A stretch of 64,000 bases of DNA from assembly GCA_037440465.1 (NCBI GenBank), contig JBBIUB010000003.1, positions 1-64,000 on the forward strand. Reading direction: 5' to 3'. The stretch is from Coprothermobacterota bacterium. Lineage in GTDB: Bacteria; Coprothermobacterota; HKB111. The notes beneath the pieces were generated by a model that saw nothing but the letters and a program-made list of their open reading frames with translations, did not search any database and had not been told where the DNA came from. Below are positions 20,058 through 29,020 of this stretch, piece by piece (within the stretch, counting starts at the first letter, position 1; each line of letters opens with the position of its first letter). The position numbers and the translations under genes were made by a program.

Positions 20058-20406
20058 GCTTGATAAGCCTTACAACTACCCCTCTTCTTGTAGCCACCCA
20101 ATCATAATTATCCAGTAGACATTGAAATAAAACACAAGTAATCTCTCTATCCATTAGACATACAAATCTTCTCGGAAGCTCAAGAGATAGGAAAAAAATG
20201 TCGTCAGATGTTTCAAAAGAAACTTTTACAGAACCACGTCTATAATTTTCCTGAAGTAAACTTGTTATCAAATCTGAAAGGACAAATCTTAAATCTTCCA
20301 AATCTTCATAATCAAGACCTGCCTCTTTGGCTGCTCCGGTAACAAAAAAATGAAGGAGTTTTAATGAAGAACTATCTAACGGTAAAACTAATGATGGCTT
20401 ACTCAC
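20038..20406 (-). CDS. Degenerate RsbW/SpoIIAB-like anti-sigma factor
   Basis: AGLDYEDLEDLRFVLSD helix and C-terminal LLD..W....GVVVRLIK resemble RsbW; position directly before the sigma gene; GHKL ATP boxes not recognisable. Confidence 0.7.
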   Translation of the reverse strand: MSKPSLVLPLDSSSLKLLHFFVTGAAKEAGLDYEDLEDLRFVLSDLITSLLQENYRRGSVKVSFETSDDIFFLSLELPRRFVCLMDREITCVLFQCLLDNYDWVATRRGVVVRLIKHVASQK

Positions 20407-20636
20407 TTCTCTTCTTCTAAAACTAAGTCCTCCTCACTTTTAAAGGTTTCAGAAATTGTTTTCTTTAAATCATCTGCTTTTTTTATGATCTCATCTTTGG
20501 CCTTCTTACTTACATCTACTATCTTATGGCGGGTCTCTTCTCCAGAATAAGGAGCAAATAGAACCCCAATGACTCCACCTATTACTAATCCCGCAACAAA
20601 CCAACCAAGATTTTCTCCACACCCTTTTTCTGACAT
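20403..20636 (-). CDS. YtxH-domain protein
   Basis: FVAGLVIGGVIGVLFAPYSGEETR signature followed by a charged helix. Confidence 0.88.
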   Translation of the reverse strand: MSEKGCGENLGWFVAGLVIGGVIGVLFAPYSGEETRHKIVDVSKKAKDEIIKKADDLKKTISETFKSEEDLVLEEEK

Positions 20637-20641
20637 TTCAA

Positions 20642-20968
20642 TTACCTCCTTTTACTCTTTTTAAAAATTGATGCAGTTTTACTTGCTATACTCCATACTG
20701 TTTTCAAGCCTGTCAGTGCAGATACTGCACCTGCTATTGGTGGCAATATATTGACACTCGTTTTAGCTTGACCCAATAATACCTTAACTTCCTTTAAAAA
20801 TTCTTTTACTTCTCTCAAAAGAACTTTACCATCTTCGTCAATAAATCGATTCACTTTGGTAGTTAGATTATCAATTTTCTTATTAAGTGAGTAAAGAACT
20901 ATTAGAAGTAAAAGAAAAGTCAACCATAATGGTAGTCCTACAACAAGAAATAATATCCACTCATTCAA
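20642..20968 (-). CDS. Membrane-anchored coiled-coil protein, DUF948/YtxG-like
   Basis: N-terminal TM helix, coiled coil, basic tail; directly upstream of the ytxH-like gene. Confidence 0.55.
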   Translation of the reverse strand: MNEWILFLVVGLPLWLTFLLLLIVLYSLNKKIDNLTTKVNRFIDEDGKVLLREVKEFLKEVKVLLGQAKTSVNILPPIAGAVSALTGLKTVWSIASKTASIFKKSKRR

Positions 20969-21381
20969 AGTAACTTAACCTCCATTAAAACATCAAGGAT
21001 TCTGGGTTTTATAATAACAAATTTATTTATAGTAAGTGCGATAACAATACCTATAACTAAACCTATTAATGAGCTAACCAAAGAACCCAAGCTACCCCAT
21101 CCAAACATTTCTGCAGCAAGAATACCCAAAAATAATGTACAAGTAGGGAGAAAGAATAGCACTGTCGATGATTTAAAAACTGATTTATCTGGTATTTCTA
21201 TGACCACCTCATCACCCACAGATAACTCCCTACCCAGACTCTCAGGCACTTCTACCAGTATTACAACTCCACTCTCTGAACATCCTTTATTACAGTTTTT
21301 ACAAAAAGCGGGAGTACCTGGAAGACAACTCACTTCAGCTAATTTATTTCTAAATGTAATAACTTTTCCTACTCTTTGCAT
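20965..21381 (-). CDS. RseC/MucC-family membrane protein
   Basis: G.V start, CKNCNKGC cluster, VGDEVVIEI, two C-terminal TM helices. Confidence 0.8.
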   Translation of the reverse strand: MQRVGKVITFRNKLAEVSCLPGTPAFCKNCNKGCSESGVVILVEVPESLGRELSVGDEVVIEIPDKSVFKSSTVLFFLPTCTLFLGILAAEMFGWGSLGSLVSSLIGLVIGIVIALTINKFVIIKPRILDVLMEVKLL

Positions 21382-21392
21382 GTCTCACTCTA

Positions 21393-21547
21393 TAAAGACA
21401 CCCCACCGTGCCGTTTGGGTTTGGTTGCACGAACCATGCTCTCAAAAGGTGGGGTCCTGCAAGATAAATATTTACCACCGGACCCCAGCATATCATTGTT
21501 AGGCCGTGCTTCCGCACCTTAAACACGCACACGGTAGGGTTATCCTA
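21393..21547 (-). ncRNA. ssrS: 6S RNA
   Basis: Long imperfect rod: ACCCTACCGTG pairs with CACGGTGGGGT; GGGGTCC pairs with GGACCCC; unpaired central region; Firmicutes-like CCCACCT..GGTTC and ACGGCACG 3' motifs; own extended -10 upstream. Recognised by eye. Confidence 0.82.
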
Positions 21548-21552
21548 TTTTC

Positions 21553-21561
21553 ATTATAGCA
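21553..21561 (-). promoter_or_regulatory. Extended -10 promoter (TGcTATAAT) of 6S RNA
   Basis: TGCTATAAT about 6 nt before the predicted RNA 5' end. Confidence 0.7.
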
Positions 21562-21564
21562 CAT

Positions 21565-22395
21565 TTAATTATTTCCACTCTTTTTTCGATATGGTATTGG
21601 AATATACTGTACTGTGGTACTGGCTGGTGCTGGTTGAGGGTATAACTCCATAAGTTTGTGGAAACTTTCAGGGAATTCATTACTAACTGAAAGACCTAAA
21701 CCCACCGCATCTTCATAAGTAATAGGATAATCGTGGGTCCAGCGCCCCTCAGTCATTATCCTGGCTAAATCTTGGGCTTTTTCATCTCCCATTTTATCTT
21801 TTAACAGGTATTCTACTGTAGTACTTACCTGAAAAAGCGCCTTTCTGGCAACATCAGCCAGTATTAATATTTTATCCTCCACATCTTTTGGTTCTTTTAA
21901 GTCAAGAATTCTTACAAGAGAAGCTGCTGGATATTCATTTATCTGTGGATCAACTGGACCAAGTACAGAATTTTCATCCATAACAATTTCATCTGCTGCT
22001 AAAGCTATCAAAGTACCTCCAGACATAGCATAATGGGGGATAAAAACGGTAACCCTCGCCAGATGTTTTTTAAGAGCAAACGCTATCTGTTCAGAAGCTA
22101 AGGTTAAACCACCCGGAGTATGAAGTATCATGTCTATAGACATATCAGGTGGTGTCATCCTGATAGCTCTTAATACCTGCTCTGAATCTTCAATATTTAT
22201 ATACCGATAGAAAGGAATGCCAAGAAAACTAACTGATTCTTGACGGTGAATCATCACTATAAGACGCGAATTCCTTGCTTTCTCAATCTTCCCCATGAAA
22301 TTAAGACGAGCAGCTGTAAGCATTTTTTTCTGCATGGGAGAGATTAAGAACATAATAATTAAAATCGCCCAAAAAATATATGATATATATCCCAT
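21565..22395 (-). CDS. SDH-family ClpP-fold serine protease
   Basis: LHTPGG, AMSGGT, LGPVDPQ, WTHDYPI; N-terminal TM. Confidence 0.9.
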   Translation of the reverse strand: MGYISYIFWAILIIMFLISPMQKKMLTAARLNFMGKIEKARNSRLIVMIHRQESVSFLGIPFYRYINIEDSEQVLRAIRMTPPDMSIDMILHTPGGLTLASEQIAFALKKHLARVTVFIPHYAMSGGTLIALAADEIVMDENSVLGPVDPQINEYPAASLVRILDLKEPKDVEDKILILADVARKALFQVSTTVEYLLKDKMGDEKAQDLARIMTEGRWTHDYPITYEDAVGLGLSVSNEFPESFHKLMELYPQPAPASTTVQYIPIPYRKKSGNN

Positions 22396-23040
22396 TTAGA
22401 GAACACCTCTCCTTTTATCGAATATTTTTGCCCAAGTATAACCTGTGATAAAACCTCCTATATGAGCCCACCAGGCGACACCTCCTAGTAGGTCTTGAGT
22501 TGCTAAGCCAGTTACGCCATATAAAAGTTGAAGGACAATCCATATTCCCAGAAATACATAAGCAGGGAGGGCTACAACGGTCGCCAACCACCCTAAAAAT
22601 ACGAAAGTCAGGATCCTGGCGCGCGGGAAAAATACAAAATACGCCCCGAGAACCCCAGAAATTGCACCACTGGCTCCAACTAAAGGTACCCCTGAAGATA
22701 AATCAGTTAATGAGTGGGTTATTACAGACACTACACCCGAAAAAAAATATAAAAATAGGTAGTTAATATGCCCCAATTTGTCTTCAACATTATCCCCAAA
22801 AATCCATAGAAAAAGCATATTGCTAAGAAGATGAATAAACCCGGCATGGATAAAGATTGAGGTGAACAGGGTAAGATACGAAAAGTGAGCTGGAGTAAAA
22901 CCATATGTATATATGAATTGTTCATATTGATATGAGGATAAAAAGAACATAAATACTGCTATTAGTATGTTTATAACAATAAAAAAAATGTTAAAATATG
23001 AAAATGTTTTAGAAGGTATATTATCTCTAAGAGGTATCAT
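22396..23040 (-). CDS. Rhomboid intramembrane serine protease
   Basis: MIPLRD start, HLLSNM, GASGAI, WAHIGG. Confidence 0.93.
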   Translation of the reverse strand: MIPLRDNIPSKTFSYFNIFFIVINILIAVFMFFLSSYQYEQFIYTYGFTPAHFSYLTLFTSIFIHAGFIHLLSNMLFLWIFGDNVEDKLGHINYLFLYFFSGVVSVITHSLTDLSSGVPLVGASGAISGVLGAYFVFFPRARILTFVFLGWLATVVALPAYVFLGIWIVLQLLYGVTGLATQDLLGGVAWWAHIGGFITGYTWAKIFDKRRGVL

Positions 23041-23795
23041 TCTTTAAAATCTTCCAGTACGCGTTGTTTTAAAGCTTCGTAAAGAATAATAGCTGTAGCA
23101 ACAGATACATTAAGACTATCAGTCTTTCCTTTCATGGGAATCCTTAATAATAGATCGCACTTCTTTTTTATATTCCCTCTTAAGCCTTTACCTTCGCTGC
23201 CTACTACCAAAAGAAGGGGAAGTAATAGATCAACTTCAAAATAATTCCTTTCACCCTCAGGATGAGCTCCAAAAATCCAGAAGCCTTTTTCTTTCATTAT
23301 ATGAATAACAGAAAGAAGGTTTTTTACTCGGGCTATCTTAAGATGAAATACCGCCCCAGAAGAAGCTTTTGCAACAACTGAAGTTAATGGAGCTGTCCTT
23401 CTTTCTCCCATGATCACCCCTGAAACACCAGCTCCATCAGCACTTCTTAGAATAGCCCCAAGATTGTGGGGATCTTGAATTTCATCAAGAGCTAAAACTA
23501 CGGGGTATTTTTCTTTATCTAATACTTTAATTATCTCCTCAAGAGAATAATAATTAAAAGAAGAAGTGACACCTACTATACCCTGGTGATTTGAGGTACC
23601 ACACATCTTACTCAGGGTCTCTTCCCTGACCCTTCTCACCGGTATACCATTTACCTTAAGAACAACAAGGATATCGCCCTTGAAGTGTAAAGAAATATAC
23701 ACCTCTTCAAAATTCTTGCCCGCTAAAAGAGCTTCTTCTATGATTCTTCTACCGTAAAGGATTTCTCTTTGGATTTCGGTAGAATCTTGCGCCAT
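23037..23795 (-). CDS. rlmB: 23S rRNA Gm2251 2'-O-methyltransferase (SPOUT)
   Basis: HQG, DPHNLGAILRSA, GSEGKG, SLNVSVA. Confidence 0.92.
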   Translation of the reverse strand: MAQDSTEIQREILYGRRIIEEALLAGKNFEEVYISLHFKGDILVVLKVNGIPVRRVREETLSKMCGTSNHQGIVGVTSSFNYYSLEEIIKVLDKEKYPVVLALDEIQDPHNLGAILRSADGAGVSGVIMGERRTAPLTSVVAKASSGAVFHLKIARVKNLLSVIHIMKEKGFWIFGAHPEGERNYFEVDLLLPLLLVVGSEGKGLRGNIKKKCDLLLRIPMKGKTDSLNVSVATAIILYEALKQRVLEDFKE

Positions 23796-25170
23796 CAGGT
23801 GAGTCCTGAATTATGAAACCTTCTTTCTCCAGCTCTGCTCTAAGACCATCTGCTTTCGTATATTCACCCATTTTCCTGAGTTCCTCTCTCCATCTTAAAA
23901 TTATTTTTATCAGAGCTTCTTCTCCTTTATCTTCATCCAACTGCAAACCAAAAATATCAAATGCTCCTAATGCCAACTCCAGAGCTTCACCAAAAACTTT
24001 TTTAGAACCTCCCTTGATTTTACTAAGCTCTCCCAAAAAAGAGAAAAGATGCCCAAGAGACGCTGCGTAATTAAAGTCATCATAAAGGGAAGCATAAAAA
24101 CTATCTCTAAAATTGTTGTTTAAATCAACAATATTTTTGTCTTCAGAGTGTCCTTCCTCATCGCTACCCTTAATAACATTAATAGATAGTGAGAAGAGAC
24201 CTTCTTTTAATTTGATTAAAGCCTCTACTCCTTCCTCCATTAGTTCTGGATAGAAATCTAAAGGACTTCTGTAATGACTTTTTAGGAGTACCAGCCTGGT
24301 TACCATAGGGTCGTAACTTCTAAAAATATCTTTTAAGGGAATAAAATTTCCCAGAGATTTTGACATCTTTGAAGCCTTCAGATTAAGAAGCCCTACATGA
24401 ATAAAATATCTTGAAAATGGACCACAACCAGCATAAGCCTCAGATTGCGCAATTTCGTTTTCGTGGTGTGGAAAAATTAAGTCCTGTCCTCCTCCATGAA
24501 TGTCAAAACTCATTCCAAGATATTTTATACTCATCGCAGAGCATTCAATATGCCAACCAGGTCTTCCTCTTCCCCAGGGGCTGTTCCAGGAAAGTTCTCC
24601 TGGTTTAGCCTTTTTCCAGAGGGCAAAATCAACCAAATCTTCTTTATCTTCTCCTGGCTCAATCCTTATGTGCTGACGTAATTTCTTAATAGATTGACCA
24701 CTAAGCTTGCCGTAATCAGGAAACTTTTTTACTCTGAAATACACATTACCATTAGACTCGTACGCAAACTCATTCTTTACAAGATTATCTACCATTTCAA
24801 TGATTTCTATAATATGAGCAGTGGCTCTGGGATAAAGTGTGGCTGGTTTAACATTTAGTTTCATCAAATCCTCAAGACAAGACTCTATGAATCTTTCTGC
24901 AAGGAAAAGCGGGTGCTCACCAGAAGCATTGGATCTGGCAATAATCTTATCATCAATATCTGTGAAGTTAACTATATATGTTACATCATAACCAGCTTTC
25001 TCAAAAATCCTCCTTATAACATCAAAAGTTACAAAGAGTTTTGCATGACCAATATGGGTGTAATCTTGAGGAGTAAGTCCACAAGTATATATTTTTACCT
25101 TTCCGTTATAAGCAGGAACAAATAGTTCTTTTTTACCAGTTAAACTGTTATGAATGAAAATTCTTTCCAA
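23749..25170 (-). CDS. cysS: Cysteine--tRNA ligase
   Basis: [34 protein letters not shown] at 25170 has a GGAGG SD. Confidence 0.96.
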   Translation of the reverse strand: MERIFIHNSLTGKKELFVPAYNGKVKIYTCGLTPQDYTHIGHAKLFVTFDVIRRIFEKAGYDVTYIVNFTDIDDKIIARSNASGEHPLFLAERFIESCLEDLMKLNVKPATLYPRATAHIIEIIEMVDNLVKNEFAYESNGNVYFRVKKFPDYGKLSGQSIKKLRQHIRIEPGEDKEDLVDFALWKKAKPGELSWNSPWGRGRPGWHIECSAMSIKYLGMSFDIHGGGQDLIFPHHENEIAQSEAYAGCGPFSRYFIHVGLLNLKASKMSKSLGNFIPLKDIFRSYDPMVTRLVLLKSHYRSPLDFYPELMEEGVEALIKLKEGLFSLSINVIKGSDEEGHSEDKNIVDLNNNFRDSFYASLYDDFNYAASLGHLFSFLGELSKIKGGSKKVFGEALELALGAFDIFGLQLDEDKGEEALIKIILRWREELRKMGEYTKADGLRAELEKEGFIIQDSPDGARFYRNPKRNPLR

Positions 25171-25188
25171 GATGGCCTCCAGTACCAA

Positions 25189-25371
25189 CTAATCAATAGC
25201 TGGAGGCGTAGGAGGACCAGGAATAACTGGCCTGGGAAGAGGATCTTGAGAGTTAATCTTTGGATTAGTGTCACTTTCGTTTTTATTGATTGAAGTAAAA
25301 TAACTAATAATTACTCCGCTAAAAAGAAGCAACAAAAAAATTGCTAAAATAATCAAAAATCTTTTTTTCAA
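25189..25371 (-). CDS. Small membrane-anchored protein with Pro-rich tail
   Basis: 60 aa filling the gltX-cysS gap; KKR plus hydrophobic helix, then PLPRPVIPGPPTPP; GAGGA SD. Confidence 0.6.
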   Translation of the reverse strand: MKKRFLIILAIFLLLLFSGVIISYFTSINKNESDTNPKINSQDPLPRPVIPGPPTPPAID

Positions 25372-25377
25372 TTTTTT

Positions 25378-26802
25378 TTATCCTCTGGAAATTATAGCAT
25401 GGATTCTAAATAAAATCTCCTCTTTACCAAGAAGGTAAAGTATTCTCGCTAACTCAATACCTTTTTCTTCACCTGTTAGAGCCATTCTGATAACAGGCAA
25501 GTATTTTTTCTTTGGAAATTGAACTTTTTCACTTAAGTTATTAATAATAATTGAAGCTTCATCTAAACTTATTGATTCTTTCGAGTTTGATATCTCATTA
25601 ATAAGTGTTAATAATATTTCTTTTTCCCATTCTTCCTTAATTATGTAAGATTCAGGTTTTACAAATAAGAATTTTGCTCTGATGGGAGCTTCTCTAAGAG
25701 AATGAATACCACTTCTTATGCATGATATTAACGCCATTAACTTATTTAGCTCATAATCTATTCTATATCCCGCTTCTTCGAAAAATGGAAGAGTTAAACT
25801 TAGAAGTTCTTCGTCTGTTAATTTAGCGATATGGTGGTGATTTAACCATTTTAATTTTTCCTCATCAAAAATTGCTGGACTTTTTCCAACCCGATTAAGA
25901 TTAAAAGCAGAAATAAGTTCATCTATTGTAAAAAGCTCTCTTTCATCTCCAGGAGACCAGCCCAGTAAAGCTAAATAATTAACCAGAGCTTGTGAAAGAT
26001 AGCCTTGATTACGATACTCGTGGATAGCTAAAGCACCATGTCTCTTGCTAAGCTTAGACCTATCACTTCCAAGTACCATCGGTAAGTGACCAAAAATAGG
26101 TATCTCCCAATCAAAAGATTGGTATATAAGCATTTGACGTGGTGTATTGCCATGAAGGTGGTCTTCTCCCCTTATAATATGGGTCACCTTCATTAGATAA
26201 TCATCAATAGATACCGCAAAGTTATAAGTGGGTGAACCATCACTTCTCATAATCACAAAATCATCCAACCCGTGAATGGAAAAACTAATTTTTCCTCTAA
26301 TTATATCTTCAACTACAACCTCCCCTTCCAGGGGAGCTTTCAACCTGATTGCAGGTGGGATTCCTTTTTTTAATAAAAATTCACGTTCATTTGAAGATAA
26401 ATAGCGGCATTTTCTACTGTATCTGGAAATTTTTCCACTCTCTTGGGCTTCTTCTCTATCTTTTTCTAACTCACCTGGAAAGCAAAAGCAATAATAAGCT
26501 TTATCTTCTGTTAAAAGTTTATCTGCAAAGTCTCTATATATATTTAATCTTTCAGTTTGTCTGTAAGGAGCAAAGGGTCCGCCAATATCTGGTCCTTCAT
26601 CCCAATCTATTCCTAACCATTTTAGGTCTCTAACTAAGGCATCTTCATACTCCTTTTTACTTCTTGTAGGGTCAGTATCTTCTATTCTTAAAATAAATGT
26701 ACCACCATGTTTACGAGCAAATAACCAGTTAAAAAGAGCAGTTCTGGCAGTACCCAGATGAATGTACCCTGTTGGGCTTGGTGGAAAACGAACTCTAATC
26801 AC
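25378..26802 (-). CDS. gltX: Glutamate--tRNA ligase
   Basis: RFPPSPTG..HLG, RIEDTD, RGEDH, KLSKR; GTG start overlaps the ispF stop and has an AGGAGG SD. Confidence 0.96.
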   Translation of the reverse strand: MIRVRFPPSPTGYIHLGTARTALFNWLFARKHGGTFILRIEDTDPTRSKKEYEDALVRDLKWLGIDWDEGPDIGGPFAPYRQTERLNIYRDFADKLLTEDKAYYCFCFPGELEKDREEAQESGKISRYSRKCRYLSSNEREFLLKKGIPPAIRLKAPLEGEVVVEDIIRGKISFSIHGLDDFVIMRSDGSPTYNFAVSIDDYLMKVTHIIRGEDHLHGNTPRQMLIYQSFDWEIPIFGHLPMVLGSDRSKLSKRHGALAIHEYRNQGYLSQALVNYLALLGWSPGDERELFTIDELISAFNLNRVGKSPAIFDEEKLKWLNHHHIAKLTDEELLSLTLPFFEEAGYRIDYELNKLMALISCIRSGIHSLREAPIRAKFLFVKPESYIIKEEWEKEILLTLINEISNSKESISLDEASIIINNLSEKVQFPKKKYLPVIRMALTGEEKGIELARILYLLGKEEILFRIHAIISRG

Positions 26803-27278
26803 TTCTCCTCCTTTAATATTAGACAAACTGCGTAGGCCTCAATCCCTTTTGCCCTACCTATAGGACCAAGACCTTCACTGGTGGTAGCTTTTATATTCAC
26901 AATGTTATCATTAATATTTAGGACTGAAGCAATAGAAGATCGCATAGCAAAAAAATAATCATTAAGCTTGGGTTCTTCAGCAACTATCGTTATATCAATA
27001 TTGTTTACCTTGTAAGAATCCTCATTAAGCATTTTTTTTACTTCTTTAAGGAGTAAAAGGCTGGAAATATCTTTATAAAATGGGTTGTTTGAAGGAAAAA
27101 GTTGCCCTATATCTCCCTTCCCCATAGCTCCCAAAAGTGAATCCATAACTGCATGAATAACAACATCGGCATCAGAATGACCCTTTAATTTTTTTTTGTA
27201 AATAATAGGTACTCCACCTAAGTGAAACCCTTTTCCTTTTTTAAAGGGATGAATATCGTATCCAAATCCTACTCTCAA
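26799..27278 (-). CDS. ispF: 2-C-methyl-D-erythritol 2,4-cyclodiphosphate synthase
   Basis: GYDIH, GHSDADV..HA, GDIG, NIKATTSEGLG. Confidence 0.96.
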   Translation of the reverse strand: MRVGFGYDIHPFKKGKGFHLGGVPIIYKKKLKGHSDADVVIHAVMDSLLGAMGKGDIGQLFPSNNPFYKDISSLLLLKEVKKMLNEDSYKVNNIDITIVAEEPKLNDYFFAMRSSIASVLNINDNIVNIKATTSEGLGPIGRAKGIEAYAVCLILKEEK

Positions 27279-27970
27279 AGTTTTCTCCTTCTTAGAACAT
27301 ACTCCACGTACTCAATATCTTCTATTGTAGTAATCTTCAAATTTATTTGTTCTCCAGGGACCTCAAAGACTCTAAAACCTGCCTTACCTACCAGAGAACC
27401 TTCATCAGGATAATTATACCAACAATCTATCATTTCATAAGCTCTACCCAGAATATCTACTCTGAAACCTTGAGGTGTTTGTACTACTCTTAATAAATCT
27501 CTATTCATAGGGAAGGCAAGAGAATCGTTTCCATTTGATACCGCTATGTTATCTTTAATCTTTAAGACTGGAACAGCACTTCCTTTTTCTTTAACCTTAT
27601 TATATACCCTCTCAATTAATTGAGAAGAAATCATAGGTCTGGCACCATCATGAATCATAACTATGTCTATTTCATCTTTTATTATTTTAAAACCATTATA
27701 TACTGAAAGCGCTCTGGTTTCTCCCCCTTCTACTACTTCCCAACATTTCCCAGGAAAAGCAGTTTTTATAATCTTAGAAAAAAGAGATTTTTCCCCGATT
27801 GGAACTACTATTACTAAGACTGAAAGTTCAAGTATATTAAAAAAAGGAAATGCTGCATGAACTATTAGGGGTTGATTCTGAAGATGGTATAAAACTTTCC
27901 TTTGAGAAGAAGAAAATCTGATACTGGCTCCTGCAGCAGGTATAATCACGCCAAGTTTAGGAGTTTTCAT
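27275..27970 (-). CDS. ispD: 2-C-methyl-D-erythritol 4-phosphate cytidylyltransferase
   Basis: PAAG..R, GGETR, HDGARP, QTPQGF, NLKITT. Confidence 0.94.
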   Translation of the reverse strand: MKTPKLGVIIPAAGASIRFSSSQRKVLYHLQNQPLIVHAAFPFFNILELSVLVIVVPIGEKSLFSKIIKTAFPGKCWEVVEGGETRALSVYNGFKIIKDEIDIVMIHDGARPMISSQLIERVYNKVKEKGSAVPVLKIKDNIAVSNGNDSLAFPMNRDLLRVVQTPQGFRVDILGRAYEMIDCWYNYPDEGSLVGKAGFRVFEVPGEQINLKITTIEDIEYVEYVLRRRKL

Positions 27971-29004
27971 TTATGTCGGGCAAAAATTAATTTTCCTGAT
28001 GGTGTTTGTAAGACGCTACTGATAATTACATCAATTGCTTGTCCTATATATTTTTTCCCTTCTTCTACAACTACCATAGTGCCATCATCAAGATATCCTA
28101 CCCCTTGGCCGGCTTCTTTCCCCTCTCTAATAAGTTCTATAGATATTTCTTCTCCTGGTAAAACTTGCATTCTCAAAGCATAACTCAATTCACTCAAGTT
28201 ACATACTTTTAAACCTCTTAACCTGGCAATTCTGGAAAGATTGAAATCATTACTGATTATCATTCCACTTAATTTACGGGCAATGTCAATGATTACTTCA
28301 TCGACAGTTAAATTAGTTTTCTTTGTTTCAACAACTTCAATAGAAAGAAATCGCTCTTCTTTAATAGAAGCAAGAACCTCTAACCCCCTCCTACCGCGAG
28401 TTCTCTTTAAGGGTTCACTAGAATCAGCTATTTTATGTAATTCGCTCAAAACTACACCTGGTAGAACCAGAATACCCTCCAGTACCCCGGTTTGTAAAAA
28501 ATCAGCTAATCTACCATCAATTATTGAACTAGTATCAACTACATAGTATCGAGGTTGCCCCTTTCTATCACCTTTTGGCGAGAAAAGAAGTTGTTTTACC
28601 TCTTCTTTTTTACGATAAGCCACATATGCTCCTGTAATAGAAAGGAAAATTGTCATTACAGCAGTTAAAATATTCCCTATAGGTGGTATGAGATTAAAAA
28701 CTGGAGAAAGAAGTATTGAGATAAAGTATCCTGAAAAAGCACCAACAAAAGCTATCAAGAAGTCAGGAATGGAAATTTTTGTGGCAAAGGTATCCAGTAA
28801 AGGAATTAATTTGTAAATAAGTTTCATAAGGAATCTATAGAGAACAACACCAATAAGAAGACCAATAGCAGAACCAACTATTGAAGATACTATAGAAGAA
28901 TACGGCAGAATGTTACTACCATAAAAGTAACCCAAACTACCAACACCAACTGAAAATAATAAAATAAAGACAACTTTAAATAAAGAAAAAAACCATTCAC
29001 TCAT
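27967..29004 (-). CDS. PIN/TRAM membrane protein (YacL-like)
   Basis: TM helices, DTSSIIDGR, RGRRGL, GVGYLDDGTMVVVE. Confidence 0.93.
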   Translation of the reverse strand: MSEWFFSLFKVVFILLFSVGVGSLGYFYGSNILPYSSIVSSIVGSAIGLLIGVVLYRFLMKLIYKLIPLLDTFATKISIPDFLIAFVGAFSGYFISILLSPVFNLIPPIGNILTAVMTIFLSITGAYVAYRKKEEVKQLLFSPKGDRKGQPRYYVVDTSSIIDGRLADFLQTGVLEGILVLPGVVLSELHKIADSSEPLKRTRGRRGLEVLASIKEERFLSIEVVETKKTNLTVDEVIIDIARKLSGMIISNDFNLSRIARLRGLKVCNLSELSYALRMQVLPGEEISIELIREGKEAGQGVGYLDDGTMVVVEEGKKYIGQAIDVIISSVLQTPSGKLIFARHK

Positions 29005-29020
29005 TTAGAAACACTCCTTA

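Noticed and set aside
21200..21532. ORFs 21200-21502 (+) and 21350-21532 (-)
   Set aside because: They overlap the structured 6S-like RNA and the rseC-like gene; no protein features.
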